Positions 47,231 through 60,842 of a stretch of DNA of 64,000 nt are shown piece after piece. Location of the stretch: the NCBI GenBank assembly GCA_028534125.1, contig CM052818.1:16804001-16868000 (forward strand), in the 5' to 3' direction. Below the pieces are notes generated by a model. The model saw only the letters and a list, made by a program, of their open reading frames with translations, had not been told where the DNA came from and did not search any database. A program made the translations under genes and the position numbers. Source of the stretch: Lama glama (Eukaryota). Each line of letters begins with the position of its first letter. The stretch's first letter is position 1.

Positions 47231-48982
47231 GACTTTAAAAATCTTATCAGCGCTACAGGAGTAAAAACAAACATAATAATGATGATTTTAAATGTGATAT
47301 ATCTATTTCTGATGTTACTGAGAAAATATCACCAGATGTTTTACCCAGAGAAAGGAAATGTATAAGTGAATATCTACTTAAATGTTAGGAAATTGATTTT
47401 TGATTAGCTAGGCAGTATAATCTAATTCAGAGTCTAGAAATTCATAAATTCCACTTTGAGTTTTCAAGTTATTTTTCATGGAAATAGTATTTTGTTTTGA
47501 ATGATATATGCTTTTGATGGATGTTTTATTAAAACGGGGTATATTATTCAAGAATTTGCCATGGCATTTGCATCATAACTTTCTATGGAAAAACATGACT
47601 CTTTTATGTAAATTTCATGTATTTTTAGTTATATACATGGTCATTATTATTTGACTTATTAGTACATAGATTTAAACTACTCCCAACTCAAACCAGAGTC
47701 CAACACTCTCCCAGTCCTGTTTGATCTTGTCCATACCTCATTTTACATCATTTAGAAATCATCTTGGGTAGGAAAGAAAATCCTTTATTTCCTTTCTTAC
47801 AGAATTAATGGTATTTCACTAACTTTTTCAGCCCTATTTTTGTCAGCATCATAAGAAAGGACATCTTAATGTTAAATTACTTATATTGCATAGGAAAAGT
47901 AGAAATGGCCAACCAAAATAAAGAAAAATGCTGTATTTCAAAAAATTTATAGCTGCATAGTTTTTATTTTGCTAGAAACATTCAACACTGTTCTATTTCT
48001 TTAGGAAGACCAGCACAAGGGAGAAATGTGCATCTCTTGCACTAGAATATGTTAACCGCAGATACTTTTATGGGCAAAGGGAGAATAGGGTGCTAAAGAA
48101 AACAAGAAAATAAACTTCTGAAAAATACTTAAGATTATATTACATATTTCTCAGTCTAAGATTTTAATGGAATTATACTTTTAGGCAGAGAGGACCCTCA
48201 AATTACAAATATTTGTTTTGGAAAATTATCTCCTTTTGTCTTATTCTCAGAAAACTTTAGGTAAGTTCATCTGAATTAAGTTTTGACGTATCAACTAAAT
48301 GATAATAGGCTGTTAGTTAACAATCCATAGTCAGCCCTCAAATCTGGTCTACATGTCTTACTTATCCGTTTTCTGGCACAGTTATACCACGCCTCAGCTT
48401 GTGTCTTCTCCAGTCATAATTGTTCCCCATGGCTTAGTATAGGCATTGTTTAAAGCTTGTTATCTGTAGCAGCTAACTTTTGGTTGGTTCAGGTTAGTAC
48501 AGTCACATATTGATGTTTCTTGTGATTTATCCTCTGCCTTTAATGATCTGCAGCAGTATTTTCAGTGTGTGTCTACAGGCTCAAGTTCCCAAAGTGTTGC
48601 TCATCATCAAACTCCATTTTTTTGTGTCAGAGAAGGAAATCTTGTTATTCTGAAAACAAACCAAAACACAGAATTCCTGATTCTGTTATCTATGTAACCT
48701 AAGGCAAATTATTGATCATTTGTAGCCAAAATTTATTTGAAATATGAAGAACTTCAGAAAATACTACATTTAACTGAGAGCACGTTTTTGAAAAGCACTC
48801 ACTGGTTCATGCAACAAGTACTAGTGAGCACCTACCACGTCCTGTGCGTCGATTTATCTGTGGGAGACATAGTGGTTAAATGGAACTGATATTCTAATGT
48901 TTACAAATTGTGACGGTTCACATGTAGTATATCATCACTACCATAGCCAGTCTACAAGATAGACACCTTTATTATTCTTCAA

Positions 48983-49120
48983 TTTTTCTTTTTTTGGGGG
49001 GGGTGGTGGTTTAGATGGATGGATGGATTGACTGATTATTTTTATTTCTTTGATGGAGTTCAATCCCCAGGCGCTCTTGCATGCTAAGCATGTGCTTGAC
49101 CACTGAGCTGTAACCTCCCC
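48983..49120 (-). mobile_element. Young tRNA-derived SINE, camelid Vic-1-like, antisense
   Basis: gcatgctaagcatgtgcttgaccactgagctgtaacctcccc is the reverse complement of the SINE head. 19-bp TSD cacctttattattcttcaa (48964-48982) / cacctttatttttcttgaa (49123-49141). Confidence 0.85.
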
Positions 49121-50199
49121 ATCACCTTTATTTTTCTTGAAACTAGTTAATTTTACTTGGTCAACAAAAAATGTAATGTCATCTTGGTCTTTCAAAATAC
49201 ATACTCCTAATTTGAGTTGGTCGGAGGAGAAATACAGGGAAATGGCCTGATACTGGGTGAGTTAAGTTTCCCAAGAACCCACATAGAAAGTTTCAAATAC
49301 TTTCATAAAACATTCTAACTCTGATCTTGTACCTCTGTTGATAACTTATAAAGAAGGCAACTCCTTTATTTTATGGATGTGTTGTTAACTCCAAAGCAGA
49401 TGTTTCAGCTGTCCCCATATCTGACTGCAGAACTACAGCAGGGAGAGCCATTTGTCTCTGTCATTGTTCTCCATGTCCCTGAAATTCATTTCTGTTGCTA
49501 TTACAGAACATTGGGGCAGGAGTCATCTATAATCCAATCCTGAAAATGTATTTTTATTTCTCCCATAGCCCAATTTGTGTGGACTGCTGCATGGCAGGAC
49601 TTAGAATATACCAAAGATCAGTCCCAAGTAAGAGAATGGTAGTACATCATTGTAACATTCTTCTCTATGGCATTATGACCATAACACAATTTGATGTGAT
49701 TCTTTTCCTGTAGCAGATACTTGGATCCACAGATGCCTTTAGGCATATCCAGGCACTTAAGAATAGCAAGAAAAGCAAAAGTGGAAACAGAGAATTCTAA
49801 TTATATCCCTTCGCAGAATAGACCACAGGCAAAACTAGGAAAGGGTATCTTAGCAAGTCAGTCCCACCTGCTCTCCTGGAACTTTTATCCCACTTTAGTC
49901 TTTTCATTTATACCTTAATGTGCTGCATGTAACATCATATGGCTGATCTCAGATTATTCAACTAAGATATTTGCTTTTTTAAGAAAAAAAGGCAAATTTC
50001 AACATTATAGGAGAAAATAAATTTTATGGAGGAGAAATTTTTGTTCTGAACTCCTTGAAATTATACTCTTATATATTAGTTCCCAGCCTCACACACTAAT
50101 ACAGAGAGAAAAATCATCAGTGATAACTACAAATAAACTAGTAAATTGCCATGGCTTGCTTATAAGCAGGATCTTTTGAGGCGTTAGGCTCAATGCTTA

Positions 50200-50618
50200 T
50201 ATTAATACAGGTCTGGAGATACAGAGTCAATATGATATACTTACGGAGAGAGAGAGAGAGGATTTTAAGGAATTGGCTCACACATGTGTGGAGGCTTTAA
50301 GTACATAATCCAGCAAACTGGAGATTCATCTAAGAGTTGGTTTAGTCCTGAATCTCAAGGCTGGAAACTCAGGCAGAATTTCTATGTTGCAGTCTGGAGG
50401 CAGAAGTCCTTCTTTGGGAAATATCAGTCCTTGCTCTTAAGGTCTTTAACTGATTGAATGAGGCCCACCCACGTTACGGAAGGTGATCCACTTAAAGTCC
50501 AGTGATTGTAAATGTTAATCACATCTACAGATTCCTTTGTAGCAACATCTAGACTGGTGCTAAACCACAGAGTGGTCACCATAGTCTAGTCAAGCTACAC
50601 ATAAACACAAACAATAAC
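50200..50618 (-). mobile_element. ERVL solo LTR (MLT2D-like)
   Basis: ttttaaggaattggctcac...aactgattgaatgaggcccaccca...aaatgttaatcacatct...gcaacatctagactggtg...tagtcaagctacacataaa. Confidence 0.8.
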
Positions 50619-51894
50619 ACTCACATACTTTGTAAAAATGTTGTGCTCGTAGCATCATTAAAATGTTTCTTTGTACACTAAAATTTGGGGAATGGACTGA
50701 AAACATACCTGATGATTTTTTTATATCTAGCACAGGTGATTCTGAAGAGAGATCTTCCCCCTGTACATTTGATGACAGATTCTCAGGGGCAATCTAGTAA
50801 GCCATACTATTGAGTGTGTGATTGGCATGAAAGGACGCGTATACAAATGAATGCACGATTTCTTCTTCATCCTTATAGCTCCAGCACTTTGAAGAGCTGG
50901 TAGTCTTTCTGATCCCTGCAGTTGTAGACACACGATGTTTATAAAAAGCCAGTACATCAAGCCCATGTATATTTCTTTTAAGGAAAAACAAGCAGCAAAA
51001 CAGGGACTTGTGGCTGTTTCAGATGGTCGGTCTAGAGCTGTAAGGCTAGGGGGAGGAGGAATAGCTTGTGTGTGTCTGGCTCAGCAACTGATCAAAGAAA
51101 CTGCTTGACAAGAAACCAGCCAAACAAAAACAAGCCCACTAAGCCTTAAAAAACTTCTAAAGCTTCTTCACAGGGTCCTCTAGTCGCGGGAGAAATTGAG
51201 AATGGCGCTCAGCCTCAGGTGGGTTCCAGGGCAGAGCCTGGGACTGATGAAAACTTTGAAGCGTCTGAAAGTGGGTTCTGATAATACAGAATTTGACAAA
51301 GCCAGCATTAGTTTTTCCCATTTTAATTCTTATTTGCAATAACTTTGTAATTCTCCTTGTTTTCAGGCACTTATTGAATTGCCTTGCTCAGAAATATTTA
51401 AAACCTTATCTAATCCTTTTCAGAACCACAATACCTCCTACCTTGAAAAACAGAGTCCAAAGAAGTAGGGAAGGCAGACCTTGGGAGCAAATTTATAGTC
51501 CTTTTGGAATCTAACATTGGAGGTGGAGGAGTGGCAGCTGGCTGGATGTGACTCACCATCAATTAACATTTATAGAATGCCTATATGGCTCCATCTCAGT
51601 AGAGTTGTTGCCAAGAAAAGATAATTCTCCAGTATTCTTGCTTTTTGCCTTCTTCCCATAGAGCATGGCTATGCTAAACTCCTCTGGCTTGTTGCTAACC
51701 CTGCAACAAGTTTCACTCATGGCTTTATGACTAAGACTTTGTAGTGATGTCAGCATCTTGATATATTTACTAAAACTCTAATGCTTATTTTCATTCAACT
51801 GCTCTCAATAAAATATAATCATCACTTTGTTTTCAAGACAGTTACAGACTAAGAAAGAAGGAAAAATATGAATTAGAAACAATGAAAGTCAGTA

Positions 51895-51977
51895 GATATG
51901 TAGTATATATATAGTTGTGTATATATTATATATATAATATATGTATTATATATATATGTATATATATATATATATAT
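51895..51977 (+). repeat. Imperfect (TA)n microsatellite
   Basis: Direct reading. Confidence 0.85.
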
Positions 51978-53157
51978 TTGTCTGTTAAATTGTCAAAGAC
52001 TGAAAGTATATAGAGTTCAAATGAAGAAAGAATCATTGGAGTGCAGAGACTCAAGGAAGGTGTGTAGGGATGGTGGACCTTGGTCTGAGTGTGGAAAGAA
52101 GTTGAGTATTTGAACACGCAGAGGAAAACGTTTGGCTGTTAAGGTAGACTTTTCTACTCTCCCTACCATCCTTTAGTTGACCTGCTGAGCACTGAGTCCA
52201 GAACAGACAAGTGTCTTAATATGTTCATAGTCTAAATTTGGTCTAACTTGTTTGTAAGAATCAGGAGAGAAAAATCGCTGCAGCATGCCTTGTGTGTGTT
52301 TGTGGTGGGGCGGGTTCCACGCAGTCAGCCAGCATTTAACAAGGACACCATCCTGCAGATGAGTTCCTGAAGTTCTCATGGGAAAAGAAGAGACAAATGA
52401 ATTAAAGTGAAATTTTAATACTTCAAGAAAAGTGAAATATAAAAATTACTGTTGTGGATGTGTGGAGGGAGAAAAGGGGAAATAAGTGACTCTCTCAGAA
52501 GCATTCAAAGGTTTTAACCAGGAAAGAACACATTTCCTTGGGCCAATAAAAGAATCACATTTGTTTTACCTCAGTCTCACCATATGTTCCTCAGAACTCA
52601 CTCACCAAACTAATATTTTGGGGTAGTTTGGAATAAACTTAATTATCTCCTAATAACATAGAAAATTGTTGATGTCTGTCTCTTCCACCGTGTTACTGCT
52701 TGAAAATATGAAAGCTGAACAGTAGGCAAATGTTGAGATAGCTGGTAACTTTTGGATCTGTATCAGTTGCTGTGATAAACTGTTATATTTTATCTCATTA
52801 TAGTTATAGATGCTTATTATAGTAAGTTATGTGAAAAGATTTAGAAAGAAATGGAGAACTCATGAGCAAATACTAGTATCTTAGTATGCATTATAACATA
52901 AGCCTAAGAGAATAAAAAGGGTAGAAATCTCTGTTTACATGATGAATGAGATTTACCCACTTTTGTTCTCATGTTTGGTCTAGTGTTTGATATATAGTAG
53001 ATGTTTGAAAAGCATTTATTGGATTTAATTGCATTTTAGTTGTAAAGCACTACAAAATATTTGATACGGTTCCCATCACTGGACCACAGTATTTTTTGTG
53101 ACTTCCTAAGTGGAATTTTTCACTATAATAATAATGTCACAAACTTTTGTGAATGCT

Positions 53158-53238
53158 AAGAAAGAAAGAAGGGGAGGAGAGAAGGAAGGAAAGGAAGGAA
53201 GGAAGGAAGGAAGGAAAAGAGGAAGAAAGAAAGAAAAA
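53158..53238 (+). repeat. Polypurine (GAAG/GGAA)n low-complexity tract
   Basis: Direct reading. Confidence 0.85.
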
Positions 53239-54609
53239 ACTCACTGCCAAATTTTCATCAGATAGAAAAAAGTCTTGCTTGCAGTTTTGTTTTATTTTGT
53301 TTTGTTTTGTTGTCTCAGCCAGGTTTCACATTCACTTAGAGGAAGATGCATCATGTACTTCTACATTTCAACATTTTAATTTCAACTATGGGATCTTTAT
53401 TTGGGATCATGCCTTCCCATCTAATGATCACAATCCAGTAAGGGCAGGAAGAAGACAGTCTGAGGAGTTCTGCTCTGCTCCTACAAATAGACACCACAGG
53501 ACAGACTACCTCTTAGAGGTCAGGCTACATCAAACAATCTAGTTAAAAATGTGGAGTTACAGCGTCCTTTCCACCTGCAAGGCCTTCTGCTTAGAACTTG
53601 AATCCTTTGGAGTGCTTGGTTGGGCTGAGGCTGTTTGCATTATCTGCTGCTAGATTCCAGAAGTGAGGGCTCTATCACCTTTTAAACTTTGGGCTGTTAG
53701 TGAAAACTGCTAAGATGTGATAAGATTCTAAGATGAGATCAGATTTAATTGAGGTAGAATTGACTGGGGTGCTATTTGCTCTGCCACCCATTTGCTTGGT
53801 TTGACCGTCTTCTAATTCAGAATCATCGTTCCTCGAAGGGACACTTGTGCCTAGCTAACAAGCTGTTGCTTCTGTTGGTTCTTTGCTCACCTCTATCAAA
53901 ATCCCACAAGGAGAATGTGCCTGGGGAAGATATAAAATGAAATCCCAGTTGACCAACTTAGTTTTTAAGAGCAAATGTAATTGATTGGCATGAGGTAGAA
54001 ATCTTGTTTCCTAAGAGCAAACTTGCAAACCATAAAGAAGAAACACTGGAGGAAATGCTGAGTTTTAGAGGAGGGATTTGATTCTGCAGCAATAACAACA
54101 GTAGTAAAAACAGTAATTGTTAATACTTGTTGAGGAACTACTATATGTCAAGCATGTGTCAGTTTTTACAGGGATTATCTCATAGTAGAGAGATCATATT
54201 AATAGAATCTTAGTATCTCCATATTTCGTATGCTGAATTTTGGGGCTAATTTAGTTTTATTTAATTCAGATTTTAGTATAGTCATGCCAAGAAGATCTTC
54301 CCCACTTAAGAAATTAAATTATACATATATTCTACTCTTAAAACAGCAAGAAAAGGAACTATGAAAGTTTGTCTTAGGGAAAGAAGGTCTTCATATTACT
54401 AGAGTAGTTTTTAGTTAAACAAAACAAACCAAAACTGCTATAATATGCAGAATTGATCCATCTGATAATTATGAAGTCATTTAGCAATACCTATGTAATG
54501 AATCAGCAATTACCTCAAAACACATGGGATCTGTTCTATAGCAGGGATTTTGGATACCAGGTTGTGTTTTTTTATTTTTGTTTTTTCAATCTGATCATCT
54601 GGGGATACT

Positions 54610-54860
54610 GATTTTATTTAGCAATTTTATATAATATTATGTGCCAGGCACCATTCTTAGTGCTCTGCAAATGTAACCACATTTAATCCATATTACAGCT
54701 TTAAGTGTTAGATATTAATGTTGTCTTCATTATACAGATAAGGAAACTGATGCATGGACAGGACGGTTTCCCCAAGGCCATGCAGCTGATGACTGGTGGA
54801 ACTAGAATTCTAAGCCAGGTAATCTGGCTCCAGAGTCTGTGACCCCAGCTACATCGAGCA
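54610..54860 (-). mobile_element. MIR SINE
   Basis: tatgtgccaggcaccattct...cattatacagataaggaaactga...cccaaggccatgcagctg...aagccaggtaatctggctccagag. Confidence 0.8.
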
Positions 54861-55129
54861 CCCCCTTAGCACTAGATCCCAACTCTCTTGAGGTTATACT
54901 AGAGGTAAAACATTGGTCACCTCCAAAGTGTGGAGAACTTCTGATGGTGTGTATGCTCTCCAGCCCTATAGCAATAGGGGGTTGGCAGACATTCCTACCT
55001 GATATCAGAGTGAGGAGAGTGGGAGATTTTCAAGGGTATCAGCAAGAAAGTGTAGTATTTCTTTTCTTTCTCATTCATGGTATTTTTTTCCCTTGAGCAT
55101 TGGTGTAGAGAAAAAGATCTAGGGCTACT

Positions 55130-55720
55130 TAGCATGACATAATCCGACATCCTCTGCTTAGTCCCCTGTGCTAGTTCTTATACTGCTAGTTTTATAGCAC
55201 TTCTAAGGTATCCCTTAGACCCGAATGCCCAGTCCCACTAATCCCTCTCCCACCCCACAACCCCCATCAGAAGTCTCTTGGCAACTGCTGCGTACTTTTC
55301 AACCCTCAGCTCAAGCATTTGTATCTTCACATCACCACACTGATGGATGGACCTTTCTGTACATGTGCATCATACTGTATACAGTCTCCATTATTACCCA
55401 TTACATTTTAGCTACTTGTTTGGTCTCATGTCTGTCTCTCCCACTAAATAGTTAAGTTCCTTGAGGATAGTGATGGTTCCTTGAGAAAAGACATTGTAAA
55501 AAAGACATGCAAAAACAGTCACATAGAGTAATAACTCATTTATGTCGCACACATACATAGTTACAGGGCAAATAAAATGTAAGGAAGTATATGAAAAAGT
55601 TAAGGGCAGATGGCTCTGAGTAGTGGTTATGAGAGAGATTTTTCTTACACTTTTTCTAAATTTTTCTAATTCTCTGCAGTGGAAATGAGTTGCTTTCATT
55701 AAATGAAAATATATAAACAT
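55130..55720 (+). mobile_element. L2 fragment (about 55130-55480) followed by an old L1 3' UTR fragment
   Basis: tgtctgtctctcccacta...gttccttgagga (L2); tttttctaaatttttctaattctctgcagtggaaatgagttgctttc (L1M 3' end). Confidence 0.5.
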
Positions 55721-56699
55721 GTCCTAGGTCTCTAAGAAATGAAAGTGGAGTTCTTTACCAAACAAGAACACTAAATACAAGGTCTTTCAAAAAGTAGTGT
55801 GATTTCTAATGTGTGGAATGTATTTAATATATTCAGATCAATGGATGAGTAAAGGAATTGAAATGTGACATCTTTGCTTAAACTGAGAAAGTCCTTCTAC
55901 CTGGAAATCCTTCTACACTATACATCCTGAGAATTCTGAAGCTCCCCAGTATGTTTTTAAAGACTCTATACATGTTGGGAGTTTCTCCTTTCTCCCAGTC
56001 TTCTACAGCAAAAATAAAAAAGGTCGATTTAAAGAAACAGAATTAGAAATGACATCATATCACAGATGTCCTTAAGCATATCTAGATCTAACATGACACA
56101 TATTACCTCCTACATACTTCTTTTACCCTGAATTAACGATTGTTTCATTTACTCAGCATAATTTATTATTCGTAATTATGAAGTCTTGCTTAAAGGAATA
56201 CTACACTATTTTAGAACTTTATATGATTCTAAGCCGGTAATCCATTTGAGGACCTCCTTATCTGAATAAATTGAAAGAAAGTCATATCAAAAATGATAAA
56301 TCATATTATAGTCAGTTTATTAGAAGAGAGTATGAGATTTTCTTAACTTTCTGTTTATAAAATTTCAGACATATAAGATTAAGGCATTTTAAGTGATAAA
56401 TTGGTAAACTTACAAAAATAGATAATAATAGGAGAGCATTTCTCTTTAGAATTAAAATGAGCATGTCTGAGGTAAATTTAGTAGATTTCTATTTTATATT
56501 GTTTCTGAATAATTAGGAAATGAAAGGGTCTATAATTAGAGTTTTCTAATAGAGATTTATTCAATATACTACTGATAAATATTTAATTTTAAATAATTAT
56601 ATTTCAATAAAGTATATATTTAGCAGTATATGTACAATGAACATATTTCAGAATGCCTTTTTAAATCACACAGTGGTTCAAAAAAAATAATCATTAACA

Positions 56700-57230
56700 C
56701 ATCACTTAACAAAATAGATTGTATTCACAGCACTCTACTAACTTCTGTGATGATATACAGAAGTCCAAGACATAGGTCCTACCCACTGACAGCTTGCGAT
56801 ATTGCTAAATTGGCTGAGTAAACTATATCAGATAGATTACATATGCCCCTGTGCAAGATATGATGAGTGAAAAATGGAGTGATGAGGAGCTTCTTCTTGA
56901 AGGTCAGAGAAAGGAGAGCACATCTTCAAAATCTAACTGATACTTAGATCATTGGAGTGAAGGGAAGAAGATAATAGTCCAGAAGATGGATTACATGGAC
57001 AGAAGTGTGGTGTTAGGAAGTTGGTTTATGTAGACTGAGACAGGAAAGCCCTAAACTGGGAGATGTATGCCAAAGAGTAGGAAGTTGTAAATGTATAACT
57101 ATAATTAGGACTACAGAAGAAACTAGTGTGAATGTGTGGCTACAAAATGAGACTCATTGGTTCAGTGTAGAAGCTATGGTAGAATGGGGAGGTCAAAGCC
57201 CACACTGCAATTTCAGTCTCGGCTCAGTGA
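56700..57230 (-). mobile_element. Degraded L2
   Basis: ccaagacataggtcctacccactgacagcttg...gaaggtcagagaaagg... Confidence 0.45.
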
Positions 57231-58779
57231 AGTGTAGAAGATAAAATCTATAGTTACTTGGATTCAGCATAAATGAAGGTGTACTATACAAAGAAATTTG
57301 GGAATTTTGAGAGCAAAGACTATATTCATTATTTCTTTATTACTTTCCCCAAATTTCATACAGATTTGATATGCCAGCACGTATTGACCTACTAGTAGAA
57401 TTTTAATAATATTCAAGATCCAATCATAGTATAATGTTAGGTACCTAAAATTATGTAGAAATGGCAACTTAATATAACTTCTGATAAATTATTTTAAAAG
57501 CCAAAGAGTTTTTGAATGGCTTACCCAATTTTTAATTCCCAAAACTTATCATAGTACCTAGTCCAAAGCAGGTGCTCACCAACTGTTTATTAAACTAATG
57601 AATAATAATATTACTAATTATTAATAATTATATTATTAATTAATTGTCATTAATTAATTTATTAAAGTGAGTCCTTAAACTTTAACACCTTGTCAGTTTA
57701 CTAGAAATTTCAACTCAACTCCTATACTGAGTTCCTGAAAGGACTAAGAATGTGTTGGGTTTTGGTGGCTGCAGCGGGTATAATGCATTGTATCTGACTT
57801 TATGGAATTCAAACTCTAGTGACCCAAACTTTTTATCAGATAAAGTAACTAATTAAAGTAGATTTTCATTATGATCCATTAATATAAAGCCTCTAGGCTA
57901 TGTGTCATCAGTACTTATATATGTAATTACATCACTAATTAAACCACTGAAACTGGTCAGAGTTCCATATCAAGGTCCTTTAAATTTTAATTTAACTTGA
58001 ATTTTGAACTTGAGAAATAATTCTTATGTGTGGTATTTTCCTTTCTCTCTTCTCAAAGTAATTAAAGCATTAATAATCTGATTTTCATTTCTTTTCTAGT
58101 TTACTTTTAAATCAGCATACCTTAACTAAATACCTTAAGCATATTCTCCCAAACTGTTTTGAGCAAAGTCAATTTTTTAAATTATAGTAGTAGTGGTAGT
58201 ATGTATATTTATTAAAATATTGCCTATTAATTCCTATCCTTTTATTACATAGTCATTTCAACCCTTTAACCTTGAAGAAGATAATTATAATAAATTAAGG
58301 ATTGTCAAGTAATCTAAATTCCTTGAGTTTATTATTGTTTCATCATTGGACTTTAAGAATTTTTTCTGTACAAGAAGCATCACATGTCAGCAAGGAAAGC
58401 TAGTGGATGCAAGGGATATATAATGCATTGCAGCTGACTTTATGGATGTCAAAATCTAGTGACACAACTAACTTTAATTAGTTTAAGTAATGTCATAATT
58501 TTAAAAGGAAAGACAATATGATGAAGTTGTGTCTGAGGGATCCAAAGAAGATTGGACTATGAATATGAAGGTGTTTCTACACTGTAGAATAGTAACATAT
58601 TTTATATCTTCGGATTATGTCATTTTGCCTTAAAAACTAGTTTAAAATTCCTAAATAAGTATTGAGGAAGTATTTTTTCCCCAAGATGATAGGTTTTTTT
58701 ACTTCTTAGTAAAGTGACTATACTTTGAATTTTAAGGCAATCTCCATTTTTTCCATGTAAAATCCATCATATTGATGTT

Positions 58780-60842
58780 ATTTTTTAATTTTTAAAATTA
58801 AAAAAATATTGAATTATAGTTGATTTATAATGTTGTGTTAGTTTCTAGTGTACAGCGTAGTGATTCAGTTATACATATATATAGTCTTTACCATATTCTT
58901 TTTTATTACAGATTATTACAAGCTGTTGGTTGAGTATAGTTCCCTATGCTATACAATACCTTGTTGTTTATCTGTTTTGTATATGGTAGTTTATATCTGC
59001 TAATCCCAAACTCCTAATTCATCCCTCCCTCCACCCCTTTCCCCTTTGGTTACCATAAGTTTGTTTTCTATGTCTGTGAATCTGTTTCTGGTTTGTAAAT
59101 AAGTTCGTTTGTGTTGTTTTAGATTCCACATATAAGTGATAATCATATGATATTTGTCTTTTTCTGTTTGACTTCATTTAGTGTGATAATCATCTATGTT
59201 GCTGCAGTTGGCATTATTTCATTCTTTTTTATGGCTGAGTAGTATTTCATTATATGTATATATCACAACTTCTTTATCCATTCATCTGTTGATGGACATT
59301 TAGGTTGCTTCCATGTCTTGGTTATTGTACATAGTGCTGCTATGAACATTGTGATGCACATATCTTCAAATTAGAGTTTTCTCTGCATATATGCCAGGAA
59401 TGGGAATACTGGATCATAGGGTAAGTCTATTTTCAGTTTTTAAAGCAATCTTCATACTGTTTTCCATAATGGCTGCAACAAACTACATTCCCACCAACAG
59501 TGTAGAAGGGTTCCCTTTTCTCCACACCTTGTCCAGCATTTATCATTTGTGGACTTTTTAAGGATGGGCCTTCTGACTGGTGTGAGGTGATACCTCATGG
59601 TAGTTTTGATTTGCATTTCTCTGATAATTAGCAATATTGAGCTCTTTTCATGTGCCTATTTGCCATCTGGATGTCTTCATTGTAGAGATGACTGTTTAGG
59701 TCTTCTGCCCATTTTTTGATTGAATTGCTTGTTTTTTTGTATTGTATGAGCTGTTTGTATATTCTGGAAGTGAAGCCTTTGTTAGTCACATGGTTTGCAA
59801 ATATTTTTTTCCCATTCCAGAGGTTGTCTTTTTGTTTTGTTTATGGTTTCCTTAGCTATGCAAAAGTTGATAAGTTTAATTAGGTCCCATTTGTTTATTT
59901 TTGCTCCTTTTTTTATTGGCTTGGTAGACTGACATAGGGAAACATTGCTGAGATTTATGTCAGAATGTTTTGCCTCTGTTCTCTTCTAGGAGATTAACGG
60001 TATCCTGTCTTAATATTTAAGCTTCTAAGCCATTTTGAGTTTATTTTTGTGTATGATATAAGGGAGTTTTCTAACTTCATTGATTTACATGTGGCTGTCC
60101 AGCTTTCTCAACACCACTTGCTGAAGAGGCTGTCTTGCCTCCTTTGTTGAAGAACAAGTGACTGTAGGTGTGTGGGTTTATTTCTGGGCTCTCTATTCTG
60201 TTCCATTAATCCATATGTCTGTTTTTGTTCCAATGCCATGCTGTTTTCATTACTGTCACTCTCTAGTATTGTCTAAAGTCTGGGAGTTATGCTTCCAGAT
60301 TCATCCTTTTTCTTCAGTATTGCTTTGGCAGTTCTGGGTCTTTTGTAATTCCATATGAATTTTATGATTATGTGTTCAATTTCTGTGAAAAATGTCCTGG
60401 GCAATTTGATAGTGATCACATTAAATCTGTAGATTGCTTTGGGTAGCATGACTATTTTTAACAATATTAATTCTTCCAATCCAAGATTTGGATTCCAATC
60501 CAAAACTGGGATATCTTTCCATTTATTTAAATCATCTTTAATTTCCTTAATGTTTTCTAGTTCTCTGTGTATAAGTCTTTCACCTTCTTGGTCAGGTTGA
60601 TATCTAAGTCTTTTTAATGTGATTTTAAAAGAAATTTTTTTTTTTACTTTCCTTTTGTGATATATCATTGTTACTGTAAAGAAATACAACAAATTTCTGT
60701 ATGTTAATCTTGTAACCTGCTACCTTGCTGAATTCATTTGTCAGCTCTAGTAGTTTTTATATGGAGTCTTTAGGGTTTTCTATATATAGTATCATATCAT
60801 CTGCATGTAGTGATAGTTTTACTTCTTCCTTTCCAATTTGAA
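58780..60842 (-). mobile_element. Relatively young 5'-truncated L1 (cetartiodactyl/camelid-type), 3' UTR plus disabled ORF2 C-terminal part
   Basis: Poly-T tail near 58780. ORF fragments [21 protein letters not shown]... and [24 protein letters not shown]...[11 protein letters not shown] are L1 ORF2p, with frameshifts and stops. Confidence 0.93.

Noticed and set aside
50700..51300. Slightly GC/CpG-richer unique segment as an internal promoter or CpG island
   Set aside because: Too few CpGs and no clear core promoter; it could be an enhancer, but nothing specific is supportable by eye.
59452..60692. ORFs 59452-59634 and 60273-60692 with real protein-like sequence
   Set aside because: Fragments of disabled L1 ORF2p, not host genes.
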